Below, one piece after another: positions 18,592 to 27,068 of a stretch of DNA of 64,000 bases. How positions within the stretch are numbered: position 1 is the first letter of the stretch; the number at the start of each line of letters is the position of its first letter. The DNA lies in contig CAYMYC010000002.1 of assembly GCA_964394645.1 (NCBI GenBank), forward strand, positions 28,105-92,104, written 5' to 3'. The notes beneath the pieces are model-generated. The model was not told the origin of the DNA and did not search any database. It saw nothing but the letters and a program-made list of their open reading frames with translations. A program made the position numbers and the translations under genes. The stretch is from an uncultured Gammaproteobacteria bacterium (lineage in GTDB: Bacteria > Patescibacteriota > Microgenomatia > Levybacterales > GWA1-39-11).

Positions 18592-18604
18592 GAAAGTTTT
18601 TAAA

Positions 18605-19627
18605 TTAGAGGAGACCCATTTTTTCTTTTACTTCCCGTACAGTTTTATCCGCGTGCGTGCGAGCGTTTTCATTTCCCTGTTTAATAATTTGATCGACATA
18701 CTCAGGGTTTGCCTCAAGCTCTAGTCTTTTTCCCTGAAAGCCTGTCAGTTCCGCAAAGATAAGCTCTGATAATTCTTTTTTAATTTCTCCGTACCTAATG
18801 CCGGAGGTCTCGTATTGGGCTTCAAATTCCCGTCTTTTGTCTCCACCCATAAATAAATGCACAAAACTCATGAGTGCTCCTGTCCCGGGAGATGGTGTTC
18901 CCGCGTCACTCGTATAAATAGTATCTTTTCCCGCAGGATGCACAGTTCCTTTCCCTGAGTCAGTAGGGATTTTTGCAATTTTTGCTTTAATAATCTCCAG
19001 ATTGTCGCTCAGGTTAATATAGGATCCCTCAATAGATTTGCTCATCTTGCCCGCTCCCAACAATGAGGGTACATATTCTCCTTTGGTTGCAAAACGTTTT
19101 GGTTCCGGAAAGGATGTTTTATAGTCCTGGTTCATGCGGCGGGCAATTTCCCGTGCTATTTCCAAATGCGGTTCCTGGTCTATTCCAACAGGGACAAGTT
19201 CTGCTTTATAGGCTAAAATATCAGCAGCCATAAGGGCGGGATAATTTAAGAGTGCTAGCGTTGCGTGTTCAGGATACTGTTTTACCTTTTCCTTAAAGGT
19301 TGGAAGATGTTGCATTTTAGCAATAGTCGTAACGCTTTCAAGCAAAAACGCAAGTTCAGCGTGTTGGGGTACTTCAGACTGTTGGAAGATAACAGATTTT
19401 TCAGGATCAAGTCCTGCTGCCAGATAGTCCAATATTATTTCGCGTCTGTTTTGTCTTAACTCATCTGTGTTATACGGGGTTGTAATGGTATGAAGATCCG
19501 CAACCATATAAAATGTTTCATAGGTAGGATCGTCTTGTAGGGCTAACATGCCCTTTACTGCACCCAAATAATTTCCTAGGTGGAGTTTTCCTGTTGCTCT
19601 AATTCCTGACAGTACTCTTTTTTTCAT
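18605..19627 (-). CDS. trpS: Tryptophan--tRNA ligase
   Basis: Class I HIGH-region GIRATGKLHLGNYLGA and KMSKS are present, and the length is about 340 aa. Confidence 0.85.
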   Translation of the reverse strand: MKKRVLSGIRATGKLHLGNYLGAVKGMLALQDDPTYETFYMVADLHTITTPYNTDELRQNRREIILDYLAAGLDPEKSVIFQQSEVPQHAELAFLLESVTTIAKMQHLPTFKEKVKQYPEHATLALLNYPALMAADILAYKAELVPVGIDQEPHLEIAREIARRMNQDYKTSFPEPKRFATKGEYVPSLLGAGKMSKSIEGSYINLSDNLEIIKAKIAKIPTDSGKGTVHPAGKDTIYTSDAGTPSPGTGALMSFVHLFMGGDKRREFEAQYETSGIRYGEIKKELSELIFAELTGFQGKRLELEANPEYVDQIIKQGNENARTHADKTVREVKEKMGLL

Positions 19628-19750
19628 TTTTCTTTTAAAATACCTCAAAAGATAGGTAAGTAATTCCCTTTTTGACGGTAAATACCGTTAAGAGCGGTTT
19701 AGATCCGAACTCTGCCCCAAGAATTAACAGCATAGTGTATTGTACCAAAT

Positions 19751-21127
19751 CTAAAGCTTATTAACCTCTTTTTTAAACTGTTGACCACGGTCTTTGTAGC
19801 TTTTGAACATGTCAAAGCTGGCGCAGGCTGGTGAAAGAATCACTATATCCCCCAATGTGGCAAGTTTTGCCGTATTTTCTACAATCTCATGCATATTGCG
19901 ACTTCCCTCTATGACTTTAATTTTTGCGAGCGCCTGACTATTAATTTTCTCCTTAATTCTACTCCATTCCATTCCTCCCACCACAATTGCTTTTATATTT
20001 TTTGCGCTTGATATTGTATTTCCAAGCTCAGAAAAGTCAGAATTTTTAGATGATCCGCCTAAGATTATAACTTCAGGGTCAGAAAACGCTTCAATTGCAG
20101 CAATAGCGGTTTCAGGAGTAGTTGAGAAAGAATCGTCATAGTAGCGTACTCCGTTAACCGTTTTTACTAACTCTAGTCTGTGCTCAAGTCCCTTAAATGT
20201 TTTGAGAACCTCTGTGATAGCTTTCATTTTTACTCCTCCCAAAATAGCAGCCATAATTGCTGCGCATATGTTTTCCAAATTGTGCCGACCAGGAAGTAGG
20301 ATGTCTTTTGTATCCAGTACCTTTTCTTCTTTGCCAGTTATATTTATATAAATTGCATTATCCCTGACAAAGCAGCCCTGGTTTATATCCTGGATTCTGC
20401 TCACTTTATAAATTTTGGCTTCAGTATGCAGATCTGATTCATTGCTTGCGGGGTAGTCTTTATTTACTATCGCATAGTCTCCTTTTTCTTGAAATTTAAA
20501 TATATTTCGTTTTGCGTCTATATATTCATATACGTCTTTGTGGTAATCCAGATGTTCAGATGTAGTCATAAGCATGACTGCAATATGAGGGCTTGATGAT
20601 AAATCTTGAAGTTGGAAAGAAGACATCTCTAGAACCACTTTTGATGTGGGTGTTAGGTTATCCAAAAAAGAGATAGGTGGGGTTCCTATGTTTCCGCCTA
20701 AGTATGCATCATAACCCTCTTTTTTTAACATTTCGTAAATTAAAGAAGATGTGGTCCCCTTACCTTTCGTACCTGTCACGCCAATAATCGGACAAGGGCA
20801 TACATCAAAAAACAGTTGCGTTTGGGAGGTTATAATAGCGCCATTTTTTGAAGCATTAAGAATTGCTTCATGGTCGCCTTTAATTCCAGGGCTTCTGAAA
20901 ATAATATCAAATGATGAAAGATTGGGAAATGTTTTTGCTCCAAACAAAACAGGGATATTGAGGGATTTTATCTTTTGAATCGTGTCATTGTCATGATCTG
21001 TTTCTTTTTTCTGGTCGTAAATAGTAATTTCGCAATTGTATGTTTTTAGAATCTTTACCAATGCTTCTCCTTCTATTCCTATTCCTAAAACTGCTATTTT
21101 TTTATTTTTTAAATCATCAATTTTCAT
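19751..21127 (-). CDS. murD: UDP-N-acetylmuramoylalanine--D-glutamate ligase
   Basis: The N-terminal Rossmann KIAVLGIGIEG and the Mur ligase P-loop GVTGTKGKGTT are present. Confidence 0.85.
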   Translation of the reverse strand: MKIDDLKNKKIAVLGIGIEGEALVKILKTYNCEITIYDQKKETDHDNDTIQKIKSLNIPVLFGAKTFPNLSSFDIIFRSPGIKGDHEAILNASKNGAIITSQTQLFFDVCPCPIIGVTGTKGKGTTSSLIYEMLKKEGYDAYLGGNIGTPPISFLDNLTPTSKVVLEMSSFQLQDLSSSPHIAVMLMTTSEHLDYHKDVYEYIDAKRNIFKFQEKGDYAIVNKDYPASNESDLHTEAKIYKVSRIQDINQGCFVRDNAIYINITGKEEKVLDTKDILLPGRHNLENICAAIMAAILGGVKMKAITEVLKTFKGLEHRLELVKTVNGVRYYDDSFSTTPETAIAAIEAFSDPEVIILGGSSKNSDFSELGNTISSAKNIKAIVVGGMEWSRIKEKINSQALAKIKVIEGSRNMHEIVENTAKLATLGDIVILSPACASFDMFKSYKDRGQQFKKEVNKL

Positions 21128-21912
21128 AGTTTTGTATGCACTGCTTTAATTTGTTTTCCGGTAAGGTTTTTAACTTTATCTTGGAATTCTAGTGTTGCCC
21201 CTGTTGTATAATACCAATCTTCACCCCTTTTTGCAGTGGAAAGCAACTTTTCCTGTGTTAACACCAGTTTTACTTGCCGTGCAACCGCCCCTCCTGAGTC
21301 AAGAATTTGAATATTCTTGCCTGCTGCCTCCTGAAGTTTGTCTTTTAAAAATGGGTAATGAGTACACCCTAGCGCAATTGAGTCAACTCCAAGTTTTTTT
21401 AGCGGTTCCATGTGTTTTTTAAGAATTGTTGAAATTTTAGGATCTGATAGGTCGCCTTTTTCAATTATGCCCTCAAGTCCAGTATCCCCTACTTTATAAA
21501 CAGTTATATTCTGTCCAAACTCTGATATTAAAAGATCTAAGTAAATACTTTTAGTAGTAATGGGAGTGGCAAGAACTGCTGTTTTTTTTGTTTTTGAGAC
21601 TGAGGCAAGTGTTTTTATAACCGGTACGACTCCAATAAGAGGAATAGAGAAATTTTTGCGCAAATATTTAATGGAGCTTGTGCTGGCAGTGTTACAAGCT
21701 ACAACAATGAGTTTCACATTTTTTCCTATGAGAAACTCAGATACCTGTTTTGTTCTTTCTTGCAGTTCAGATATTGTGCGTTTTCCGTATGGAGCGAATG
21801 CTTGATCCGCAAGATATATAAAATTCTCCTGTGGCAATATTTTTTCTATTTCTGAGAGTATTGTTAAGCCTCCAACTCCTGAGTCAAAGATTCCAATTGG
21901 TCTATCCTGCAT
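21124..21912 (-). CDS. murI: Glutamate racemase
   Basis: IGIFDSGVGGLTIL and VVACNTAS are present. The ORF track start at 21981 would overlap the tRNA, so the ATG at 21912 (MQDRPIG) is preferred. Confidence 0.8.
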   Translation of the reverse strand: MQDRPIGIFDSGVGGLTILSEIEKILPQENFIYLADQAFAPYGKRTISELQERTKQVSEFLIGKNVKLIVVACNTASTSSIKYLRKNFSIPLIGVVPVIKTLASVSKTKKTAVLATPITTKSIYLDLLISEFGQNITVYKVGDTGLEGIIEKGDLSDPKISTILKKHMEPLKKLGVDSIALGCTHYPFLKDKLQEAAGKNIQILDSGGAVARQVKLVLTQEKLLSTAKRGEDWYYTTGATLEFQDKVKNLTGKQIKAVHTKL

Positions 21913-21923
21913 ATTATTCAAAG

Positions 21924-21995
21924 TGGCTGGGGTGGGGTTTGAACCCACGACCGCAGGGATATGAATCCTGTGCTCTACCACTGAGCTACCCAGCC
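21924..21995 (-). tRNA. tRNA-Met (anticodon CAU), elongator-type, or possibly the lysidine-modified tRNA-Ile2
   Basis: A cloverleaf was folded by hand. The acceptor GGCUGGG pairs with CCCAGCC, the anticodon loop is UUCAUAU and the T-loop is UUCAAAC. Confidence 0.75.
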
Positions 21996-22051
21996 AAACG
22001 TGTTCTTTATTGTACCAAAAATAGCCTCAAGAAGGAAATTGGGGTAATTTC

Positions 22052-22080
22052 TTGTCCGAAACGGTTGTATTCGTTATAAT
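22052..22080 (+). promoter_or_regulatory. Sigma70-like promoter (TTGTCC, 17-nt spacer, TATAAT) upstream of tRNA-Ser(GGA)
   Basis: There is a perfect -10 TATAAT at 22075..22080, a 17-nt spacer and a 4/6 match at -35. Confidence 0.5.
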
Positions 22081-22086
22081 ATGCAA

Positions 22087-22110
22087 GCTTGGGGGAGTCG
22101 GATAACAACC
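22087..22110 (+). repeat. Partial 5' copy (about 14 nt, 1 mismatch) of the downstream tRNA-Ser(GGA) gene, ending at GGAUA
   Basis: GGGGGAGUCGGAUA compared with the tRNA 5' end GGAGGAGUCGGAUA. It lies in the predicted leader of the tRNA transcript. Confidence 0.5.
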
Positions 22111-22153
22111 ATGATAGTAATCAGAACGTTGACCGATCCTCTGCGTTTTCACT

Positions 22154-22242
22154 GGAGGAGTCGGATAGTGGACCATTCCGATTGCTTGGAAAGCAATTGT
22201 GCTGAAAGGCACGCGCGAGTTCGAATCTCGCCTCCTCCGCCA
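22154..22242 (+). tRNA. tRNA-Ser (anticodon GGA), with a long variable arm and an encoded CCA
   Basis: In the manual fold the acceptor GGAGGAG pairs with CUCCUCC, the anticodon stem is AUUGC/GCAAU, the loop is UUGGAAA, the variable hairpin is GUGCU-GAAA-GGCAC and the T-loop is UUCGAAU. Confidence 0.8.
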
Positions 22243-22244
22243 AT

Positions 22245-22685
22245 CTAACTTTTTACAAGCCTTTCAATTATTGGCATGGCTTCTGTGAACACTTTTTTAT
22301 CTGATTTATAAGTTAATCTTTCCATTACTTTCTCTCTCGGAAGCCATTCTACATTTTCCATCTCATGATCGTGTTTTGTAATATCTCCTCCTGCGTAGCG
22401 CATGATAAAGTAATATACCGTTTTTTTTCTCTTAATTCCTTCCATCATATACCAGTACATGACTGGTTTTACTTCTGTAATAATTTCTCCATCCGCTCCC
22501 GTTTCCTCTTTCACTTCACGCACAGCTGTTTCTTTTTTGCTCTCTCCCTGTAGGTGTTCTTTATCCCCTATTAATCCTTTCGGAAACACCCATCCATGGT
22601 GGAATGAATGCTGTGAGACAAGAATAAAAACTGAGTCGCCTTCAACTTTAAATACTACCCCTCCTGCAGAATATTCAAATATCAT
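22245..22685 (-). CDS. NUDIX hydrolase
   Basis: The Nudix box GESKKETAVREVKEETG (GX5EX7REUXEEXGU) is present. Confidence 0.75.
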   Translation of the reverse strand: MIFEYSAGGVVFKVEGDSVFILVSQHSFHHGWVFPKGLIGDKEHLQGESKKETAVREVKEETGADGEIITEVKPVMYWYMMEGIKRKKTVYYFIMRYAGGDITKHDHEMENVEWLPREKVMERLTYKSDKKVFTEAMPIIERLVKS

Positions 22686-22796
22686 AATACTATTATATCA
22701 TTCTTTAGGCTCAAAAATTGATTTGGAGGTCAAAATACACTAAAATATCACCTACAGTCTGTCCCTTCGTGGTGAGGTAAGACGCGCTTATTGTAT

Positions 22797-22870
22797 GCAC
22801 CCGTAGCTCAATGGATAGAGCATTGGATTGCGGATCCAAAGGTTTGGTGGTTCGACCCCACTCGGGTGCG
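22797..22870 (+). tRNA. tRNA-Arg with an anticodon that reads as GCG (loop UUGCGGA) and is unusual. It is a paralogue of the tRNA-Arg(CCG) 250 nt downstream.
   Basis: In the manual fold the acceptor GCACCCG pairs with CGGGUGC, the D-arm is GCUC-AAUGGAUA-GAGC, the anticodon stem is UUGGA/UCCAA and the T-loop is UUCGACC. Confidence 0.65.
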
Positions 22871-22924
22871 CTTCGATTCTTTAGTGCAGATGTTTCCAGA
22901 TGAGAAAGGAAAGAGCTAGTGAAT

Positions 22925-23009
22925 GGAGGGTTCGCATAGTGGTCAATTGCACGAGTTTCGAAAACTCGATCCCGTAAGGGATTCACAGGTTCAAATCCTG
23001 TACCCTCCG
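22925..23009 (+). tRNA. tRNA-Ser (anticodon CGA), long variable arm
   Basis: The acceptor GGAGGGU pairs with ACCCUCC, the anticodon stem is CGAGU/ACUCG, the loop is UUCGAAA, the variable hairpin is GAUCCC-GUAA-GGGAUU and the T-loop is UUCAAAU. Confidence 0.8.
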
Positions 23010-23058
23010 CTTACATTTTGATTGAATTAAATTTATAAATCCCAAAAGTTGCGAATAT

Positions 23059-23115
23059 GCGCCTGTAGCTCAATGGATAAGGAAACCTTGTCCATTTCGC
23101 AACAAGTGAAAACAT
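23059..23115 (+). repeat. Exact 21-nt copy of the 5' end of tRNA-Arg(CCG) (GCGCCUGUAGCUCAAUGGAUA), then 36 nt of unrelated sequence, directly upstream of the intact gene
   Basis: A direct sequence comparison shows the copy ends after GGAUA, as the Ser(GGA) partial copy does. Confidence 0.6.
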
Positions 23116-23188
23116 GCGCCTGTAGCTCAATGGATAGAGTACAAGATTCCGGATCTTGCGGTTGGTGGTTCGACCCCACTCAGGCGCG
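23116..23188 (+). tRNA. tRNA-Arg (anticodon CCG)
   Basis: The acceptor GCGCCUG pairs with CAGGCGC, the anticodon stem is CAAGA/UCUUG, the loop is UUCCGGA and the T-loop is UUCGACC. Confidence 0.8.
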
Positions 23189-23189
23189 C

Positions 23190-23744
23190 TTAAGAGGACT
23201 TATCGAGTGGGAAATTTTTAGATAACCAATCTCCTGACTTTTCCATAAATGTTTGTTTTACAACCTCCCGATAAGGAAGAAAATTGATTAAAACCCGTCG
23301 CGTATGGTCTCGGGGTACATTACCTAATGTTAGTCTCAACTCTCCGGGGATAAGTGCTTCAGTCCGAATAATGAGAGTATCTACTTTATCAATTTTCTTA
23401 AAAAAGAAATCATACAGTTCCCCCCAAATATAAAAATGGTCTTCTACCTTAACTCCTTCTGTTGAAATCCTATAATGAAAATCTTTTGGAGGAACTAGAG
23501 ATAAGACAATTGATAGGAAGGTGATTGCTGCAACAGCTAGCATCAGTTGGTATTGGGCAAAAAGAAATACAATAACCTCAATAAAGAAAAATATAAGAAG
23601 CGCAGACGTGTAAAACTCTTTCCCTTTTTTTCTCCACGGTCGCCCGGGTGCAGTCCATGATAAAAGCGTTCTTACATCAGTGTAGTTTTGTGGGTAAGAA
23701 GAATCAGGTTGGTTAGCTTCATTCTCCATCTTTTTATCATGCAC
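23190..23744 (-). CDS. Hypothetical membrane protein (two TM helices followed by a possible bacterial PH-like domain)
   Basis: The hydrophobic segments are LLIFFFIEVIVFLFAQYQLMLAVAAITFLSIVLSLV. There is no catalytic motif. Confidence 0.35.
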   Translation of the reverse strand: MHDKKMENEANQPDSSYPQNYTDVRTLLSWTAPGRPWRKKGKEFYTSALLIFFFIEVIVFLFAQYQLMLAVAAITFLSIVLSLVPPKDFHYRISTEGVKVEDHFYIWGELYDFFFKKIDKVDTLIIRTEALIPGELRLTLGNVPRDHTRRVLINFLPYREVVKQTFMEKSGDWLSKNFPLDKSS

Positions 23745-23785
23745 TAAAATAGAGAATAAATCAATACAATACTCAGGAGCGTTGC

Positions 23786-24655
23786 CTAGAGTTCTATAAG
23801 AGTTGTGCTTTCTGTTGGTTTAGCGTCTTTAATGTATTGCAGGTAGCGTTCAGTTGAGGAAAGCCGTTTGTGTCCTAAGACTTTGGATAGGAAAGTAAGT
23901 GAAACACCATTTCTTAAATGATGAGCAACAAAGGTGTGTCTAAGATCATTTATTTTTGCATTTTCTATGCCTCCTTTTCTAAAGTACCGCTCTACTGCAT
24001 CTCTTATGTTGCGAACTAAAAATGGCTTTCCCGTTTTTGTAATAAATACATGGTTATCTGTTGTCTCAGGACGTATGGCAAGATATCTTTTAAGCGCGTC
24101 CTTTGCGCGTCTGTTTAGTTGAACATCACGCGCTGCATGCCCCTCATATGGTGCTATATGAAGCGCGTTTTCTTCAACATCATTCATCTTAAGCCCCGCT
24201 AACTCTCCAATTCTAATTCCAGTTTGTAGAAGAACTTCAATAATCGCATACAATCTTGGGTCAACAGAGGCAGCGTCTCTTAAGGCTCTGTATTCTAAGG
24301 GGGTTAATACTCTGGGAGGTGAAAGTTCATATTTTGGATGAGATACAAGCAAAGAAGGGTCATCAGTAACAAATTCATTAACCTTTAAAAATCTATAAAA
24401 TGTTCTGGTAGAGTTTAACTTTCTTGAAAGAGATTTAGGAGTATACCCTTTTTCTTGAAGGCTCGCCAAAAACGCCTGAATATCCTCTGATGTTACATCT
24501 TTAATATGTTCTTTTTTGAGTTCCTCAAGAAAGAACATTAGCTGGTCAATGTCTTTTCCGTATGCTAATATGGTTGCGGATGCACGTTTCTTTGACCTTA
24601 AGAAGTCGTGAAACTTTGCGTGTGCGTCTCTAGTTTTTACTGGATCAGTATTCAT
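23786..24655 (-). CDS. Tyrosine site-specific recombinase (XerC/XerD/phage-integrase family)
   Basis: C-terminal catalytic residues LRHTFVAHHL ... GHKRLSSTERYL (R-H-R-Y) and an N-terminal SAM-like core-binding domain are present, in 289 aa. Confidence 0.75.
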   Translation of the reverse strand: MNTDPVKTRDAHAKFHDFLRSKKRASATILAYGKDIDQLMFFLEELKKEHIKDVTSEDIQAFLASLQEKGYTPKSLSRKLNSTRTFYRFLKVNEFVTDDPSLLVSHPKYELSPPRVLTPLEYRALRDAASVDPRLYAIIEVLLQTGIRIGELAGLKMNDVEENALHIAPYEGHAARDVQLNRRAKDALKRYLAIRPETTDNHVFITKTGKPFLVRNIRDAVERYFRKGGIENAKINDLRHTFVAHHLRNGVSLTFLSKVLGHKRLSSTERYLQYIKDAKPTESTTLIEL

Positions 24656-24768
24656 AAAAAAGTATTGTATCCTATATGAAAGAATAAGAAAAGATATAAT
24701 TAAAAGCGGCAGAGAAGATTAGTCCCTTTTCTTAAAAGTAAAGCCTATAATATCAGGATCTACGCACA

Positions 24769-25128
24769 ATGTCAAGAACAAACATATTTTCTTACCTCAA
24801 AAAAGTGGCTATTGTAGGCGTATTAATTATTTTGGTAGTGATCATTAAAAACATTCTTACATCTATTCTTTCCACGCATGATAGAGCTCAAATCTTAAAA
24901 GAATTGCAAAACGAACTGTCTCAAAAAAAAGAGGAACAAGCGTTTCTGTCTCAAAAGTTATATTACGCAAAAACTGATGCATTTGTAGAGGAGGAAGCAA
25001 GGCAGAAGCTTGGAATGATCCGTGAGGGTGAAGTTGTAGTAATAGATGAGAAAGTTAAGCCTGTGAAACGACCAGTAGCTCCAAAAAATAAGCAAGTGTG
25101 GCAAATGTGGTGGGAGCTATTTTTCTAA
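24769..25128 (+). CDS. Septum formation initiator (FtsB/DivIC-like) bitopic coiled-coil protein
   Basis: An N-terminal TM helix, a coiled coil (ILKELQNELSQKKEEQAFLSQKL) and the FtsB-like ending GMIREGEVVV are present. Confidence 0.55.
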   Translation: MSRTNIFSYLKKVAIVGVLIILVVIIKNILTSILSTHDRAQILKELQNELSQKKEEQAFLSQKLYYAKTDAFVEEEARQKLGMIREGEVVVIDEKVKPVKRPVAPKNKQVWQMWWELFF

Positions 25129-25405
25129 AAATGGTATCTCTTGCATTTTTTTCTTAAGTTTTATATTATTGCGTAGTAATTTAAAAAATGAAGAAAGAAA
25201 ATTTTTTTGTAAGCCCCATAACTATGAGTCCAGTGGTTATTTCGCAGCCTCCCATGCGGGTTGAGCCATGTGGACAAGACAAAAAGACTGAAGCACTGCA
25301 AAGATATGCTTTCCCAGGCTTGTCTAGCCCAAATTCCCTTCAAAGAAAAGTAAATCCGATTTCGCGATCCAAGCACGGGAATTCCCGCTAAGTCCTCTTC
25401 TTGCT

Positions 25406-26590
25406 CTAGCTTTTTTGCTCTCTTGTTATGGGTAGTTTAACAATAAATTTTGTTCCACCATTTTCCTTACTAGATACATGTATAGTGCCTTTATGTGCTC
25501 GTATTATTTGTTCTGTAATATATAGTCCTACACCCAATCCTTTATAATCCTCAGATGAAACGCCTCGTTCAAAAAGTCCGAAAATATCTTTTTGCTTTTT
25601 CTTTGAGATCCCTATTCCATGGTCTTCTATTAATATTTCGGCAGTATTTCCATGTCTTTTTACCGTAACTTCAATAGGTTTTTTCTCTCCGTATTTTATT
25701 GCGTTTGAAATAAGATTAGATGCTGCTTGTTCAATTCTTATTTTATCCCAAAATCCAATAATAGATTTTTGCGCCTTAAACATAACCTGGTATCCTTCGC
25801 GATCAAATCGTGTTTCAAAATCATTTAAAACTCCCTGTACAATTTTCCCTAAATCACAATTTTCTCGTTCCAAAACTAGATTTCCAGTAGTCATGATGGA
25901 AATATTAAATAATTCAGAAATAATTTTTGATAAACGTTTTGTTTGGTGTTCGACACTCTCTAGCATTTTAAGTAGGCTTTCAATTGAGAAATGAGCTAAA
26001 GATACATTTCTGATATTGTGAAGTGCTGTTTGAGTCTGTAGAAGCATGGATGTAAGAGGAGTTTTTAGTTCATGGGATGCAATTGATAAGAATTCGTCTC
26101 TGAGTTTTATTTCTTTTTTTAAAGACTCGTTTGTTATTGTTAGTATTTCTATTTGTTTTTTTGTTTCTCTTGCCTGGTGCCTATATTTTGCTATGTGTTC
26201 CTGACGTTTCCCAAGATCTATTAAAATACTTAATAGTGCTCCTTCCACAATGAGAAGAATGGATCGTGTAATTATTGCGAAAAGATAAGCGGATGTATGT
26301 ATAGATCCTAAATATAATGTTGTAACTCCTAAGCCACAGGCTAAAAAAATGGAAGCAGCGATGCCTGTTTTATACCCTCCAACCCACGCTGACAGACCTA
26401 TTCCAAAAAGAGCAAGAAGTATTGCCATGGAGGCATCTATTAGCTGTGGGAATAATATATGAAGCAAGATAAGCGTAAAAGATATCGTTGGAGGCAAAAA
26501 AAAGTTTAAAATAACTCTCAGGTTCTTTGTGGGAGATGTTTTTTTCTTGAATAAAACTTCAAATGATCTCACAAGAGTATTATACCCCAC
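25406..26590 (-). CDS. Sensor histidine kinase (multi-TM sensor, HisKA and HATPase_c)
   Basis: The H-box is LSIASHELKTPLTS, and the N, G1 (DHGIGI) and G2 (GLGVGL) boxes are present. Confidence 0.8.
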   Translation of the reverse strand: MGYNTLVRSFEVLFKKKTSPTKNLRVILNFFLPPTISFTLILLHILFPQLIDASMAILLALFGIGLSAWVGGYKTGIAASIFLACGLGVTTLYLGSIHTSAYLFAIITRSILLIVEGALLSILIDLGKRQEHIAKYRHQARETKKQIEILTITNESLKKEIKLRDEFLSIASHELKTPLTSMLLQTQTALHNIRNVSLAHFSIESLLKMLESVEHQTKRLSKIISELFNISIMTTGNLVLERENCDLGKIVQGVLNDFETRFDREGYQVMFKAQKSIIGFWDKIRIEQAASNLISNAIKYGEKKPIEVTVKRHGNTAEILIEDHGIGISKKKQKDIFGLFERGVSSEDYKGLGVGLYITEQIIRAHKGTIHVSSKENGGTKFIVKLPITREQKS

Positions 26591-26674
26591 TTTTCTTTTT
26601 TTGATGATCTTAAGAGAATATTCTTGCCTTTTTCTTGCAAAATCATTACAGATACTATGTAAAATCTAGCTAGA

Positions 26675-27055
26675 ATGCGAACTATGGATAAGTCAGTTGT
26701 TCCAAAAAAAATTTTTGTTGTGGATGACGATGTATTTATAGGTAATATATTGAAAATAATTCTTGAGAGCGAGCGTTACCGGGTGTCCCCTTTTACTACA
26801 GGAAGATCCGCACTTCAACTTTGTTCTAAAAAAATACCTGACCTTTTAATACTTGACTACTTTCTTATGGGAGAAAATTTTAGTGAGATTATCCATGGGT
26901 TTAAGAGTAAAAGAGGGGAAAATTTTCCAATTATATTAATGTCAGCAAATAAAGTGCCGATAGATATTGTTAAGGAGTATAAAATAAGAGAGTTTGTTGA
27001 AAAGCCATTTCAAAGAGACACAATAGTAGCTGCTGTCATAAGAAATTTGAATTAA
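26675..27055 (+). CDS. Single-domain response regulator (CheY-like receiver only)
   Basis: Receiver acidic residues VVDDD and the phospho-acceptor-context D in LLILDYFL are present. It is 126 aa. Confidence 0.7.
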   Translation: MRTMDKSVVPKKIFVVDDDVFIGNILKIILESERYRVSPFTTGRSALQLCSKKIPDLLILDYFLMGENFSEIIHGFKSKRGENFPIILMSANKVPIDIVKEYKIREFVEKPFQRDTIVAAVIRNLN

Positions 27056-27068
27056 GACCTGCTATAAT

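Noticed and set aside
21831-22986. ORFs 21831..22079 (+), 22027..22212 (-) and 22711..22986 (-)
   Set aside because: They overlap hand-folded tRNA genes (Met, Ser, Arg, Ser) and their leaders. Conserved tRNA cloverleafs explain the sequence better than these short ORFs.
25161-25391. Two overlapping small ORFs (71 aa on the minus strand, 67 aa on the plus strand) in the ftsB/kinase convergent gap
   Set aside because: They have no ribosome-binding sites and odd composition, and they overlap each other. The region was treated as non-coding, with a possible ncRNA.
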